From assembly GCA_020636135.1 (NCBI GenBank), contig JACJYK010000001.1:2930924-2994923 (forward strand): a stretch of 64,000 nucleotides of DNA, in the 5' to 3' direction. This document shows positions 9,537 to 19,630 of this stretch, piece after piece. Within the stretch, counting starts at the first letter, position 1. Each line of letters starts with the position of its first letter. Under the pieces are notes generated by a model. The model was not told where the DNA came from, searched no databases, and worked only from the letters and a program-made list of their open reading frames with translations. The position numbers and the translations under genes were made by a program. The DNA is from Lewinellaceae bacterium (GTDB lineage Bacteria > Bacteroidota > Bacteroidia > Chitinophagales > Saprospiraceae).

Positions 9537-12014
9537 TTAGAAGAATAGAGCGTTCGCAAACAATTGATTGCCTTGTTCCCAGAAACCGCGGAAGAGCGGG
9601 TTGTCCACCAGGTATACAACCTTCCCTCGACCTACGGATTTCTCTCCGAACACCAGGCTGCCCTTCAACTGGGGCAAGAGACGGTGACCTACGAATCCCG
9701 TATAAAATACATCGTCGCCAAGTTTTCCGGGACTCCATCCACCCGCCACTGGCTCATACAGTGTGGTGCCCGTCTTGAGGCTGAAGTAGGGGTTCGTCAA
9801 ACCGAAACTTAACGGGTGGGTGGCATCCAGGTCAACCCGGAATACTGCGCCGGGAAGGTCCTCACTGATGGCGTCGCGCATGCGTTCCCCGTAGGCAACA
9901 TCGGAGTCCTTGTTATCCTCACCTGTTTTTGTTTTAAGGCCCAGGTCGTCATCTCCGTTCAACGCCCTTATACCGGACCCGATGGCGATGATGCGTCCAC
10001 CGCCTCTTAGCCAGGCTTTGATCGATTCCTTGTTCTTGATGTCGTAAAACCCTTCCGGCAGAATCAATGTATTGTAGTTGCTCAAATCCGTCCGGCTCAA
10101 AGCATCCACCCGGATGACCGACAATGGATAATGCAATACTTGCTCAAAATAGTACCAAACCTGGCCAAAGGAATTCGAACTGGTCCCTTCGTCTCCAAGC
10201 AGGGCGACTTTAGGCAGATTGATCAGGTCCATCTTCCCGGAGCCAAAATCCGGTCCTTTGTCGGAATATCCGCCGTCAACACGCACAAATGCAACATGAG
10301 CAGCCTCCTGGGCATTTAAGACAAAGCCATGCAGGTCGGTGCCCAGCCTGCGGTTGTCACCGCGCAGGACCAGGACAGTGCCGGCCGGGTAGTCACGCCC
10401 TTCGATGCGGAAGCCTTCGCTGGCCACCCGGGTCTGTACACCATTTTGCTGTAAATGAGCCAGGGCGATGGCACTCGAAGTAGAATTCCAGGGCAACAAA
10501 TAAGCATAGGCCAGGTCGCTTCCCAATGCCTTAGCAGACATCGGAGGCATCCAGCCGGTAGGATCGATATCGATTTTTTCGGTTAAGCCATAAGCATCTA
10601 CCCCAAAAGCATAGGGTATGCACCAGGAGGTTATATCGTAGGTGACCGAATCCACCAGATGAGGGTTCGGTTCGAAGAGGATACTCAGAAAATTGGAGAA
10701 TGGCTGGTAGGCAGAAATCAGCAGGTCGCCCGGATCGACGGATGCATTGGTCATCGTGGTATCCTGGAACCGGATGGCCTTAGCGCGCCGGCTATCCGTA
10801 GATTTACCATACTGGATATTGTTGCGGTCGAGCAGCTGGGTCAGGCGAGCAATTTTATCTGCATTTCCTTTGACCAGGTAACCCTTGTAACGCGAGACCG
10901 GTTGGTTGCGGCTTTGGTAGTAGTCAGCAAATGCCGCCGTAAGCTCTGCCGCATGGCCGGCCCCTACTTCCACGGTTGACAGGGCGGTGGTTGTATGGTG
11001 CGCGATCCGGTCGTATAAGGTCAGCGTGTCCCCGGTGGGCAATAACACACCCCGGCTTCCGGCGCCCCCTCCACCTTCTTCATAGGTCATCCCAATAGCG
11101 CCATGGTAAATCGGATAGGTATCCCCGTAACTGGGATAGAGCAGGTCAAATACTTCTTTGGTAAAGAACAACCAGCCATGTTCGGCAAAATGGCGGGCAT
11201 GATTTCGTCCGATCACATCCTGAAACTGGCGCTGAAAGGGTGTGATCAGTTCGTGGTATGGCTGGGCGGCAGGAGCGAAATAATAGGGAGAGGTATAACC
11301 CATTTCATGAAAATCGGCATGAATATGAGGCAACCAGCGATTGTATTGCGCAATGCGTTGCCTCGACTCCACCTGGGTCTGCCAGGCCCAGTCGCGGTTC
11401 AGGTCAAAGAGGTAATGATTGGTACGCCCTCCGGGCCAGGGCTCACGGTGTTCCCAGGACTGGATATCGGTATTCATTTGGGTTGCTGCGGTCCGGCGGT
11501 TCCATTCGGTATACCGTGAATAGCCGTCCGGGTTGATGCTGGGGTCCAGGATGACCACGGTGTGCTTCAGCCATTCATCGGCTTTGCCCCCGGTATGCGC
11601 TAACGCATACAACACAGGCATGGAGGACTCCGAGCCCGACGCTTCATTGCCATGGACGCTAAAACTGAGCCAGACGATGGCGATACCGTCATCCACCGGT
11701 TTACCCGGTTCCAGACCGGCACGACGCAGGTTGTTCAACCGGATCTCCTCCAGGCGGGCCAGATTCTCCGGCGTGGATACAAATGCCAGCTCCAGGGGAC
11801 GCTCTTCATTAGTCCGTCCGTATTCCATCAGCTGGACGCGGTTGGAGTTCGCTGCCACATATTGAAAATAATCGACGACCATATGATGCGGCGTAAATTT
11901 ATCTCCCACGGCATGGGGCAAAAAAGCATCCGGCGTCATTAATTCCTGTGCTGAAGCAGGTCTCAGGAATCCGACGGTTAGCAATAGCAGTAACCAATTT
12001 TTCATTTCAATCAT
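9537..12014 (-). CDS. Secreted M14-family zinc carboxypeptidase (large, with a C-terminal extension)
   Basis: 825 aa with a signal peptide. M14 zinc-ligand blocks are HGNEASGSES and HADFHEMG. Its start codon directly follows the metF stop (TAAATG). Confidence 0.75.
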   Translation of the reverse strand: MIEMKNWLLLLLTVGFLRPASAQELMTPDAFLPHAVGDKFTPHHMVVDYFQYVAANSNRVQLMEYGRTNEERPLELAFVSTPENLARLEEIRLNNLRRAGLEPGKPVDDGIAIVWLSFSVHGNEASGSESSMPVLYALAHTGGKADEWLKHTVVILDPSINPDGYSRYTEWNRRTAATQMNTDIQSWEHREPWPGGRTNHYLFDLNRDWAWQTQVESRQRIAQYNRWLPHIHADFHEMGYTSPYYFAPAAQPYHELITPFQRQFQDVIGRNHARHFAEHGWLFFTKEVFDLLYPSYGDTYPIYHGAIGMTYEEGGGGAGSRGVLLPTGDTLTLYDRIAHHTTTALSTVEVGAGHAAELTAAFADYYQSRNQPVSRYKGYLVKGNADKIARLTQLLDRNNIQYGKSTDSRRAKAIRFQDTTMTNASVDPGDLLISAYQPFSNFLSILFEPNPHLVDSVTYDITSWCIPYAFGVDAYGLTEKIDIDPTGWMPPMSAKALGSDLAYAYLLPWNSTSSAIALAHLQQNGVQTRVASEGFRIEGRDYPAGTVLVLRGDNRRLGTDLHGFVLNAQEAAHVAFVRVDGGYSDKGPDFGSGKMDLINLPKVALLGDEGTSSNSFGQVWYYFEQVLHYPLSVIRVDALSRTDLSNYNTLILPEGFYDIKNKESIKAWLRGGGRIIAIGSGIRALNGDDDLGLKTKTGEDNKDSDVAYGERMRDAISEDLPGAVFRVDLDATHPLSFGLTNPYFSLKTGTTLYEPVAGGWSPGKLGDDVFYTGFVGHRLLPQLKGSLVFGEKSVGRGKVVYLVDNPLFRGFWEQGNQLFANALFF

Positions 12015-12971
12015 TTAATAGATGGATTCAACAATGCGTTTGGTCGTATCCGACTCACCCATGGTATAATAATGCAGGCACGGAGCTCCAGCGGCTTTGA
12101 GCTCTTTTGATTGCTGGATACACCACTCAATGCCTACTTCGCGAACAGCCTTGCTGGTAGTTGCCTTGTTCAATTCATTGATCAGCGTATCAGGAAGTTC
12201 GATATGGAAAATCCGGGGCAATGAACTGATCTGATTGGTCTTGGTGATGGGTTTTAATCCGGGTACGATCGGCACCTTAATATCCATTTGGCGGCATTTC
12301 TCGACGAAGTCGAAATACTTGCGGTTATCAAAAAACATCTGAGTGACAATGTAATCGGCGCCAGCATCCACTTTCATTTTCAGATAACGTAAGTCCTCTT
12401 TATTGTTGGGCGATTCAAAATGCTTTTCCGGATAGCCGGCGACCCCGACGCAGAAGTTGGTCTTTTCACCATCTTCGATGGAGGCATCCAGATAGGCTCC
12501 TTTGTTCATGTTCTTGATCTGCCGCACCAGGTCCAGCGCATAATGATGGCCTCCTTCCTCGGCAATGAATTGTCCGTCAAATTTGCGGGCATCGCCACGG
12601 ATAGCCAGCACATTGTTGATATTGAGGAAATTGAGGTCGATCAGTGCATTCTCCGTGTCTTCGCGGGTGAAGCCACCGCAGATCAAGTGGGGCACGGCGT
12701 CCACGCCATAGCGATGCATGAGGGCGGCGCAAATGCCTACGGTGCCGGGTCGCTTGCGGATGGCTACCTTCTCGTAATAACCACTGTCTTTTTTCTGATA
12801 GATAAACTCTTCCCGGTGGTAGGTCACATCAATAAACGGAGGTTTGAACTCCATCAGGGGGTCCAGCACGTCAAAGATGGCCTGCATACTGCCTCCTTTT
12901 AGCGGTGGCAATATTTCAAATGAAACCAGCGTCTCTCCCTGTGCCTGCGTAAAATAATCCGTGACTTTCAT
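12015..12971 (-). CDS. metF: 5,10-methylenetetrahydrofolate reductase
   Basis: 318 aa. It starts MKVTDYFTQAQGETLVSFEILPP, the typical MetF N-terminus, and carries flavoprotein MTHFR blocks. Confidence 0.85.
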   Translation of the reverse strand: MKVTDYFTQAQGETLVSFEILPPLKGGSMQAIFDVLDPLMEFKPPFIDVTYHREEFIYQKKDSGYYEKVAIRKRPGTVGICAALMHRYGVDAVPHLICGGFTREDTENALIDLNFLNINNVLAIRGDARKFDGQFIAEEGGHHYALDLVRQIKNMNKGAYLDASIEDGEKTNFCVGVAGYPEKHFESPNNKEDLRYLKMKVDAGADYIVTQMFFDNRKYFDFVEKCRQMDIKVPIVPGLKPITKTNQISSLPRIFHIELPDTLINELNKATTSKAVREVGIEWCIQQSKELKAAGAPCLHYYTMGESDTTKRIVESIY

Positions 12972-13193
12972 GCCCAGTAACTAATCGGGTGATTAAGGAA
13001 GCGCAAGATAGAAAAAGTCTTAGAGTCTCCTGTCCACGAGTAATAGGTTTCAGGCACCTCACTCTAATCCTGGTTGGAAGTAGTTTAGATACTAATACCG
13101 ATAGAAGCCGGGTCTATGCGAAGGAGTTGTCCTGGGCGTCTTATCATCCAACACTTGAATTTCCACTAATGGATCGAAACTACTGAAGTGTTA

Positions 13194-13862
13194 TCAGTTA
13201 TCGTCCTTCTTCTTCTTGAACTTGCCGTCCTTGATGTATTTGATGAAGCGCTGCCAGGCCAGCGGGTCGAAGATGGGTTGGGGGCGGTATTGGCCCGCCG
13301 AATAATTCTGGATAGCAATCTGGTTGAAATAAACTTTACTCACTTCACGCCCTGAATGCGGCAGGGTAGCCATCATCAGGTTCATGGTGTACGGTTTTAG
13401 ATTCTCGATAGCCCGTTCCTGCAGGTCATCATTTACTTGCAATGCCAAAAACTCTACCTTGAAATTTTCCCGGCTGGGGATGGGTAACACCACAATTTCA
13501 GGAAGGTTGAGCGTGTCGTGCAACAGATTCAGGTAATAAAAGATGTAATCCTGCTGGATGGTATCCGGTATCGTGTAGCGCACCGATTTGTAACCCAGGA
13601 AGGAGAAGTCTACTGTCTCCCCCGGCTGCACCGGCAGGGAATAAAATCCGACCTCGTTGGTAAAGGTACCCCGGTTGGTTCCAACGATCGCCACATTGAC
13701 CAGCTCCAGCGGTCTGATGTCTTCACCATCGTCGGTCACCACAAAGCCACTAAGCTGATGGACCTTGGGCAATAACTTCATCTGGGCTGAAGCCGTACCA
13801 GCTATCAACAGACCTACGATCAAAATATACCAGCGCAACAAGTGATGTATGTTCGATTTCAT
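13194..13862 (-). CDS. Hypothetical secreted protein with an N-terminal carboxypeptidase-regulatory-like beta-sandwich domain
   Basis: ORF 13194-13928. The plausible start is MKSNIHHLLRWYILIVGLLIAGTASAQ at 13862, which gives a signal peptide. The segment GFVVTDDGEDIRPLELVNVAIVGTNRGTFTNEVGFYSL resembles a CarboxypepD_reg domain. There is a lysine-rich C-terminus. Confidence 0.45.
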   Translation of the reverse strand: MKSNIHHLLRWYILIVGLLIAGTASAQMKLLPKVHQLSGFVVTDDGEDIRPLELVNVAIVGTNRGTFTNEVGFYSLPVQPGETVDFSFLGYKSVRYTIPDTIQQDYIFYYLNLLHDTLNLPEIVVLPIPSRENFKVEFLALQVNDDLQERAIENLKPYTMNLMMATLPHSGREVSKVYFNQIAIQNYSAGQYRPQPIFDPLAWQRFIKYIKDGKFKKKKDDN

Positions 13863-14003
13863 TCTGGCCGCTAAGTTAATGCCAAATCCGGGATTGTGGG
13901 AGCAGCTACAGCTATCTTTACGATCCACCCCGAATTATATCTATGCTAAGAACGGTTTAATCACCCATTCTATCGATGAACTACCGGCCTTTAACAAAAT
14001 CTT

Positions 14004-14080
14004 AGAGATTTATAGATTTGAGATTTGAGATTTGAGATTTGAGATTTAAAGATTTAAAGATTTGAGATTTGAGATTTGAG
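14004..14080. repeat. Tandem heptanucleotide repeat (GAGATTT/AAGATTT), about 11 copies
   Basis: Read directly: ...gagatttatagatttgagatttgagatttgagatttgagatttaaagatttaaagatttgagatttgagatttgag... Confidence 0.9.
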
Positions 14081-14087
14081 AAGGGGC

Positions 14088-14130
14088 TCATACCTCATAC
14101 CTCACACCCCATACCTCATACCTCGCACCC
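14088..14130. repeat. Tandem heptanucleotide repeat (CATACCT / TACCTCA core), about 5-6 degenerate copies, directly next to the GAGATTT array and ending 5 nt from the lon stop
   Basis: Read directly: ctcatacctcatacctcacaccccatacctcatacctcgcacccccc. Confidence 0.85.
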
Positions 14131-14135
14131 CCCAC

Positions 14136-16541
14136 CTACTCCAGAACCTCATTCAGGACATCCAGCATCCGGTCAAAATATTTGAACTTCAACCCTTTGA
14201 CGTATTCCGCTTCGATTTCAAGCACATGCCGTTCATTGTCCCGGCACATGATGATCTCTTTGAGCCCGGCGCGTTTAGCGGCCAGGACCTTCTCTTTAAT
14301 TCCACCGACAGGCAATAATTTTCCCCGGAGGGTAATCTCACCGGTCATAGCAATGAAGGGCTTTATTTTACGTCCGGTCATCAGGGAAGCCAATGCGGAA
14401 AGCATGGTTATTCCGGCAGACGGGCCATCCTTCGGGATAGCGCCTTCCGGGATGTGGATATGAATATCACGATCATCAAAGCGCTGTGGATCTATGCCCA
14501 GGTCAGCACTGTGGGCTTTGAGATAACTCAGGGCTGTCGATGCAGACTCTTTCATTACATCACCGAGGTTACCCGTCAGGATCAACTTGCCCTTACCGGG
14601 AGCAGCACTGGTCTCGATGAAGAGGATATCGCCCCCCACCCTGGTCCAGGCCAGGCCGATGCAGACACCGGGAACCTGCACTTCCTGGTACTGGTCGTTC
14701 ATAAATTTGACCGGTCCCAGGGCAGCATGGATCGCATCTGTCTGCAGTGATTTCTGATACATCTCCTCCATCGCCACTTTCTTGGCAACCCAGCGCATCA
14801 CCGCCGCCAGGGTACGGTCCAGGCTACGCACTCCGCTCTCGCGTGTATAATCCTGGATCAGCTGGCCAATGATGCGGTCACTCAATTTAACATCGGACGC
14901 CTTCAGGCCGTGTTCCTTACGCTCTTTCGGTATCAGGTGCCGTTTAGCGATCTCTACTTTCTCTTCCGAGGAATAACCGGCAATCTCAATGATCTCCATC
15001 CGGTCCAGCAATGCTGGCTGAACGGAAGACAGACTATTGGCGGTAGCGATAAACAATACTTTTGACAGATCGTATTCCAGCTCCAGATAATTGTCGTGGA
15101 ATGTGGCGTTCTGCTCAGGATCCAGGACTTCCAACAGTGCAGAAGAAGGATCTCCTTTGTAGTCGCTGCCCAGTTTGTCGATCTCGTCCAGGATAAAGAC
15201 GGGATTTGAGGTCTTGGCCTTCTTGATGGACTGAATGATCCGTCCGGGCATGGCTCCGATGTAGGTCCTGCGGTGGCCACGGATTTCCGCTTCATCGTGC
15301 AAGCCACCAAGCGACATCCGGACAAACTCCCGGTTAAGGGCACGGGCTATGGACTTACCCAGCGACGTCTTACCGACACCGGGAGGGCCTACGAGACAAA
15401 GGATCGGAGCTTTCATGTCTCCTTTCAGCTTCAGTACTGCCAGGTGCTCAAGGATCCGCTCTTTCACTTTATCCAGTCCGAAATGATCCTGATCCAGGAC
15501 CTTGCGCACTTTATGCAGATCAAACTGATCCTTGGAATAGGTATTCCAGGGCAGATCTATCAATGTCTCCACATAGTTCAGCAACACACTGTATTCCGCC
15601 ACCTGGGGATTGGTCCGGCGCAGACGGAGTAACTCCTTGGTGAATGCATCGTTGACTTCTTTGGACCATTTTTTCTTTTTTGCCCGGGCCTCCAGTTGGG
15701 AAAGTTCCTGTTCCTGGGGATTCTGGCCCAACTCTTCCTGGATGGTCTTCAGTTGCTGATTGAGGAAATAATCCCGCTGCTGTTTTTCCAGGTCGTGTCT
15801 TACCTTGGACTCGATCTGATCGCGTAACTCGAGCAATTGCAACTCGCTGTTCATGTATTGCAGCACCTGCCGCGCGAGCTCACCCAGGTCGTTGATTTCC
15901 AGCATGGATTGTTTCTGCTCCATCTTCAGGCCCAGGTTAGAGGCGATGAAGTTGATCAGGAACGTGTTGTTGGACATGTTCTTGAGCATGATGATCGCTT
16001 CGGACGGAATCTGTGGTGACAGCTCAATGATGCGCTTGGCCTGCTCCTGGATGGATTGCACCAGCGCCTTGTATTCCATCTCATCACCGGGCTCGACATA
16101 ACTCAGCCGGTCAACCGTACCGGACAGATACGGGTTTTCGCGAACGATTTCACGCAACTGGAAGCGTTGTCTGCCCTGGAGGATGGCAGTACTGCTGCCA
16201 TCGGGCATTTTCAGGATCTTGATGATCCTGGCAATCGTTCCGATCTGGTAAAGATCCTTAGGCGCCGGGTCTTCCATCTGCGCTTCGTGCTGCGTCAGCA
16301 CGGCAATCCATTTGTGGGTCTGGTGTGCCTGCTTGATGGCACGAACCGATTTTTTACGGCCTATATTGATCGGGATGACAACCCCGGGAAACAGTACAGT
16401 ATTTTTTAAGGCCAGAATAGGCAATTCTTCCGGTAAATCGACGATGGGCGAGTCCTGATCCTCCTCGATGGAGAAAATGGGCATCATATCACCATCCTCC
16501 TGCATCACCGTATCACTAAATCCTTCGAATAATTTCGACAT
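14136..16541 (-). CDS. lon: ATP-dependent protease La (Lon)
   Basis: 801 aa. Lon N-terminal domain, AAA+ Walker [10 protein letters not shown], and C-terminal protease domain with the catalytic block DGPSAGITM. Confidence 0.9.
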   Translation of the reverse strand: MSKLFEGFSDTVMQEDGDMMPIFSIEEDQDSPIVDLPEELPILALKNTVLFPGVVIPINIGRKKSVRAIKQAHQTHKWIAVLTQHEAQMEDPAPKDLYQIGTIARIIKILKMPDGSSTAILQGRQRFQLREIVRENPYLSGTVDRLSYVEPGDEMEYKALVQSIQEQAKRIIELSPQIPSEAIIMLKNMSNNTFLINFIASNLGLKMEQKQSMLEINDLGELARQVLQYMNSELQLLELRDQIESKVRHDLEKQQRDYFLNQQLKTIQEELGQNPQEQELSQLEARAKKKKWSKEVNDAFTKELLRLRRTNPQVAEYSVLLNYVETLIDLPWNTYSKDQFDLHKVRKVLDQDHFGLDKVKERILEHLAVLKLKGDMKAPILCLVGPPGVGKTSLGKSIARALNREFVRMSLGGLHDEAEIRGHRRTYIGAMPGRIIQSIKKAKTSNPVFILDEIDKLGSDYKGDPSSALLEVLDPEQNATFHDNYLELEYDLSKVLFIATANSLSSVQPALLDRMEIIEIAGYSSEEKVEIAKRHLIPKERKEHGLKASDVKLSDRIIGQLIQDYTRESGVRSLDRTLAAVMRWVAKKVAMEEMYQKSLQTDAIHAALGPVKFMNDQYQEVQVPGVCIGLAWTRVGGDILFIETSAAPGKGKLILTGNLGDVMKESASTALSYLKAHSADLGIDPQRFDDRDIHIHIPEGAIPKDGPSAGITMLSALASLMTGRKIKPFIAMTGEITLRGKLLPVGGIKEKVLAAKRAGLKEIIMCRDNERHVLEIEAEYVKGLKFKYFDRMLDVLNEVLE

Positions 16542-16638
16542 GTATATTGGTAATTACTTGGATTAACCTACGCAAAGATCAATAACCATACCACGCACTG
16601 ATTCCTGTCAATCCGGCAAGATCGATGGCAAACCACCC

Positions 16639-17547
16639 TTATTCACCTGACACTTCGTCAGGATGCAGGCCATATTGCGCAATAGCCATGTCATTTAAAT
16701 GCAATACATCCCGGCGCATCACATCCATGCGGGTCCACAGGATGAAATGATCCGCACCACTTAGTGTATCAATGGCCAATGTGGTGGAGGGAGGCAACTC
16801 CTTCTGGACAAAGTACAGGTTATCAATGTTGACCAGGAAGTCGGCAGTGCCGTGGACAAATTCCACGGGACACCGGATGGTTTTCCACCCAGGCACCTGG
16901 CGAACCAACTCTTCATACAGAGGCATGATCTCCTGATTGGACACCCGGAAAGCCGGCGGCAATAAGCTGCGCACGATCGGCCAGTTCAGTGGACCGTGCC
17001 ACCATTCCCGTGGCTCCTGTGCCGGATCCACGGATCCTCCCACCAACATCAATCCCTGGACCAGATCCGGCTGTATCATCGCTGCTTCAGCTATGATTGG
17101 TCCTCCGAGTGAGTGGCCTACCCAGAGCCGGTAAGGTGCCGGCAGGACTTTAACCGTATTCAGGATGGCTTCAGCCTGTTTTTGCATGGATGCTTCGGCG
17201 GTGCCAAAGTCCGAATATCCAAAACCCAGGCGGTCAACGGCTACCATCTGGAAGTGTCTTAGCAATGCCGTATCCTGCATGAAGGACATAAATGCGGTCA
17301 GCGACCCCGGTGATCCATGAACCAACACCAGCAATGGCAATGTAGTGTCGCCCACCTGAACATAAGCCAGCTTGCCGGGCTCCATGGCATGAAAATGAGC
17401 CTTTTTACGGGTACTTTCGAAGATGCGGTGCTCCATCCGGCCTGGCTCGTCTCTGAATTTGAGAAACTCCATCTTGCCAATGCCAACACATGCCGCAAAA
17501 CAAAACAGTAAAATGCCTACCAGTACGTGTCGTTTCTTTACAGCCAT
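16639..17547 (-). CDS. Alpha/beta-fold hydrolase
   Basis: 302 aa with a signal/anchor. HGSPG oxyanion region and GHSLGG nucleophile elbow. Confidence 0.7.
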   Translation of the reverse strand: MAVKKRHVLVGILLFCFAACVGIGKMEFLKFRDEPGRMEHRIFESTRKKAHFHAMEPGKLAYVQVGDTTLPLLVLVHGSPGSLTAFMSFMQDTALLRHFQMVAVDRLGFGYSDFGTAEASMQKQAEAILNTVKVLPAPYRLWVGHSLGGPIIAEAAMIQPDLVQGLMLVGGSVDPAQEPREWWHGPLNWPIVRSLLPPAFRVSNQEIMPLYEELVRQVPGWKTIRCPVEFVHGTADFLVNIDNLYFVQKELPPSTTLAIDTLSGADHFILWTRMDVMRRDVLHLNDMAIAQYGLHPDEVSGE

Positions 17548-17752
17548 ATAGAATTCAATCTATCCTGCTAACTTACTGTAATTGCTTCGACTTACAGTAA
17601 CAATTCCTCAGGACGATTTTGTGAACGAATGGCATCGTTGTGATATCAATGACAAATTCATCCGGATCCCCGCATGAACTGCAATTTCTTTTGCCCTTTC
17701 ATGACCCGCTTCCTTTACATCACTTTTGAATAATTCGTAAATTTGCCGCTTC

Positions 17753-19528
17753 ATGGCGGAACGCAATAAATTGGTCCTTCGCATCATCCAGTTGATGCAA
17801 AAATTACCATCCAGACAGCTGATGATCGCGCTAAGCATCATCATCGGATTTCTGGTCGGATTGATTGCGGTATTTATGAAAAATGCCGTGCGGATACTGG
17901 AACACCTGCTGACCAGCGGATTTGTCGTAAACTACCACAACTACCTGTACTTCATTTACCCGGGCATCGGGATCCTGGCCGCCATCCTGTTCATCCGGTA
18001 TATCCTGCGCAGGCCTGTCCGTGATGGTATACCAAATGTATTGTACGCGTTGTCCAGGCAGAACGGGATCATCCACGGCCATAACATGTATTCTTCGGTC
18101 GTTACCAGCGTCCTCACAGTAGGTTTTGGAGGCTCAGTCGGACTGGAAGGCCCGACTGTGGTCACCGGCGCGGCATGGGGTTCCAATTTGGGTAAGGTCC
18201 TCGGGCTGAATTACAAGCAAATCGTGGCTCTGGTCGGAATCAGCGCCTCGGCATCCTTATCAGCGATATTTAAAGCGCCCATTGCTGCTATTGTCTTTGC
18301 CCTGGAGATCATCCTTTTTGATATGACCATGACGGCATTGGTGCCCCTGCTGGTCTCGTCCATCGTGGCCACACTGACCTCTTATTTCTTTTTAGGTCAG
18401 AATGTGCTGTATCCGTTTAAGGTCGTCCAATCCTTTCAACTCAATGAGACGCCTTATTACCTGTTGCTGGGTATTTTTTCGGCATTGATCTCGGTCTATT
18501 TTATCCGCACCTATGTTTTTACAGGAAAAGTTTTCGAGAAGCTTCCCGGATGGATAACCAAATTGGTCGTGGGCGCCACCCTCCTGGGTGTATTCATTTT
18601 CTTTCTTCCCTCACTGTACGGCGAGGGTTACGAGTCTGTCAATGAAGGCTTAAAAGGGAACATGGAATTCGTCTTTGACAACAGCATATTTTATGCCTTC
18701 AAAGACAACATGCATATTACGCTGTTACTACTGCTCAGCGTGGTTTTATTTAAGGTGCTGGCCACCTCCCTCACCTTCCGCAGCGGAGGCATCGGAGGGG
18801 TGTTTGCCCCTACCCTGTTTATCGGCACCATGACGGGTCTCCTGTTTGTCAAGTTTCTAAATTTCTATGGACTGGCCCATTTGCCGGAAAGCAACTTTGC
18901 CCTGGTGGGTATGGCGGGCCTTCTGGCCGGGGTGGTGCATGCGCCGCTCACCGCCATATTCCTGAGTGTGGAGATTACCGGCGGCTATGAGCTTATCGTG
19001 CCCATCATGCTCGTTGCGACCACTTCCTACGCCCTGTCAAAACTGCTTTCTCCCCGCTCCATATATACCATCCAACTGGCCAGTCGCGGTGATGTACTGA
19101 CGCATCATAAGGACCGGTCACTGCTGGCCATGATGTCCGTCAGCGATTACATCGAAAAGGATTTTCTGCCGGTAGACATCAATGCCAATTTGGGTGAACT
19201 GGTCAAGATCATCGCTCAATCCAACCGCAACATCTACCCAGTCGTGGATCAGGACAACACCTTTTACGGCATCATCTCCCTGGACCAGATACGCCACAAT
19301 ATGTTCAAACCCGAGCTTTACGAAACCACCAGGGTGCGCAATCTGATGCTCATGCCAACCAAGGTCGTCCAGATGAGTGACGACATGGAAACGGTAGCGA
19401 CAAAGTTCCAGCATTCCGGAAAATACAATCTGGTGGTTCTGGATGGCGATAAATACGTCGGTTTTGTCTCCCGTTCCAATGTGTTCTCGAGTTACCGGGA
19501 ATTATTGCAGCATATCTCGGATGAGTGA
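17753..19528 (+). CDS. ClC-family voltage-gated chloride channel/transporter with a C-terminal CBS pair
   Basis: 591 aa, polytopic. ClC selectivity motifs GSVGLEGP and a GxFxP-like (GGVFAPT) are present. C-terminal CBS-like repeats. Confidence 0.8.
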   Translation: MAERNKLVLRIIQLMQKLPSRQLMIALSIIIGFLVGLIAVFMKNAVRILEHLLTSGFVVNYHNYLYFIYPGIGILAAILFIRYILRRPVRDGIPNVLYALSRQNGIIHGHNMYSSVVTSVLTVGFGGSVGLEGPTVVTGAAWGSNLGKVLGLNYKQIVALVGISASASLSAIFKAPIAAIVFALEIILFDMTMTALVPLLVSSIVATLTSYFFLGQNVLYPFKVVQSFQLNETPYYLLLGIFSALISVYFIRTYVFTGKVFEKLPGWITKLVVGATLLGVFIFFLPSLYGEGYESVNEGLKGNMEFVFDNSIFYAFKDNMHITLLLLLSVVLFKVLATSLTFRSGGIGGVFAPTLFIGTMTGLLFVKFLNFYGLAHLPESNFALVGMAGLLAGVVHAPLTAIFLSVEITGGYELIVPIMLVATTSYALSKLLSPRSIYTIQLASRGDVLTHHKDRSLLAMMSVSDYIEKDFLPVDINANLGELVKIIAQSNRNIYPVVDQDNTFYGIISLDQIRHNMFKPELYETTRVRNLMLMPTKVVQMSDDMETVATKFQHSGKYNLVVLDGDKYVGFVSRSNVFSSYRELLQHISDE

Positions 19529-19630
19529 AATGCGGTGATTGCCATTACTTCAATCCTGGGAATACAGCTTAATTCTGAAGTGACTTTAGGAGGATCTGAC
19601 TACAGCGATTGAACGCTTTGGAGGAAGGGA

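Noticed and set aside
12972-13193. Confident SAM-I riboswitch call in the metF leader
   Set aside because: Only scattered core-like fragments are present and I cannot assemble the P1-P4 architecture by eye. It is kept as a hypothesis in the findings, not as a feature.
13976-14135. Possible CRISPR array
   Set aside because: The repeat units are only 7 nt and contiguous, with no spacers and no cas genes. It is a microsatellite, not CRISPR.
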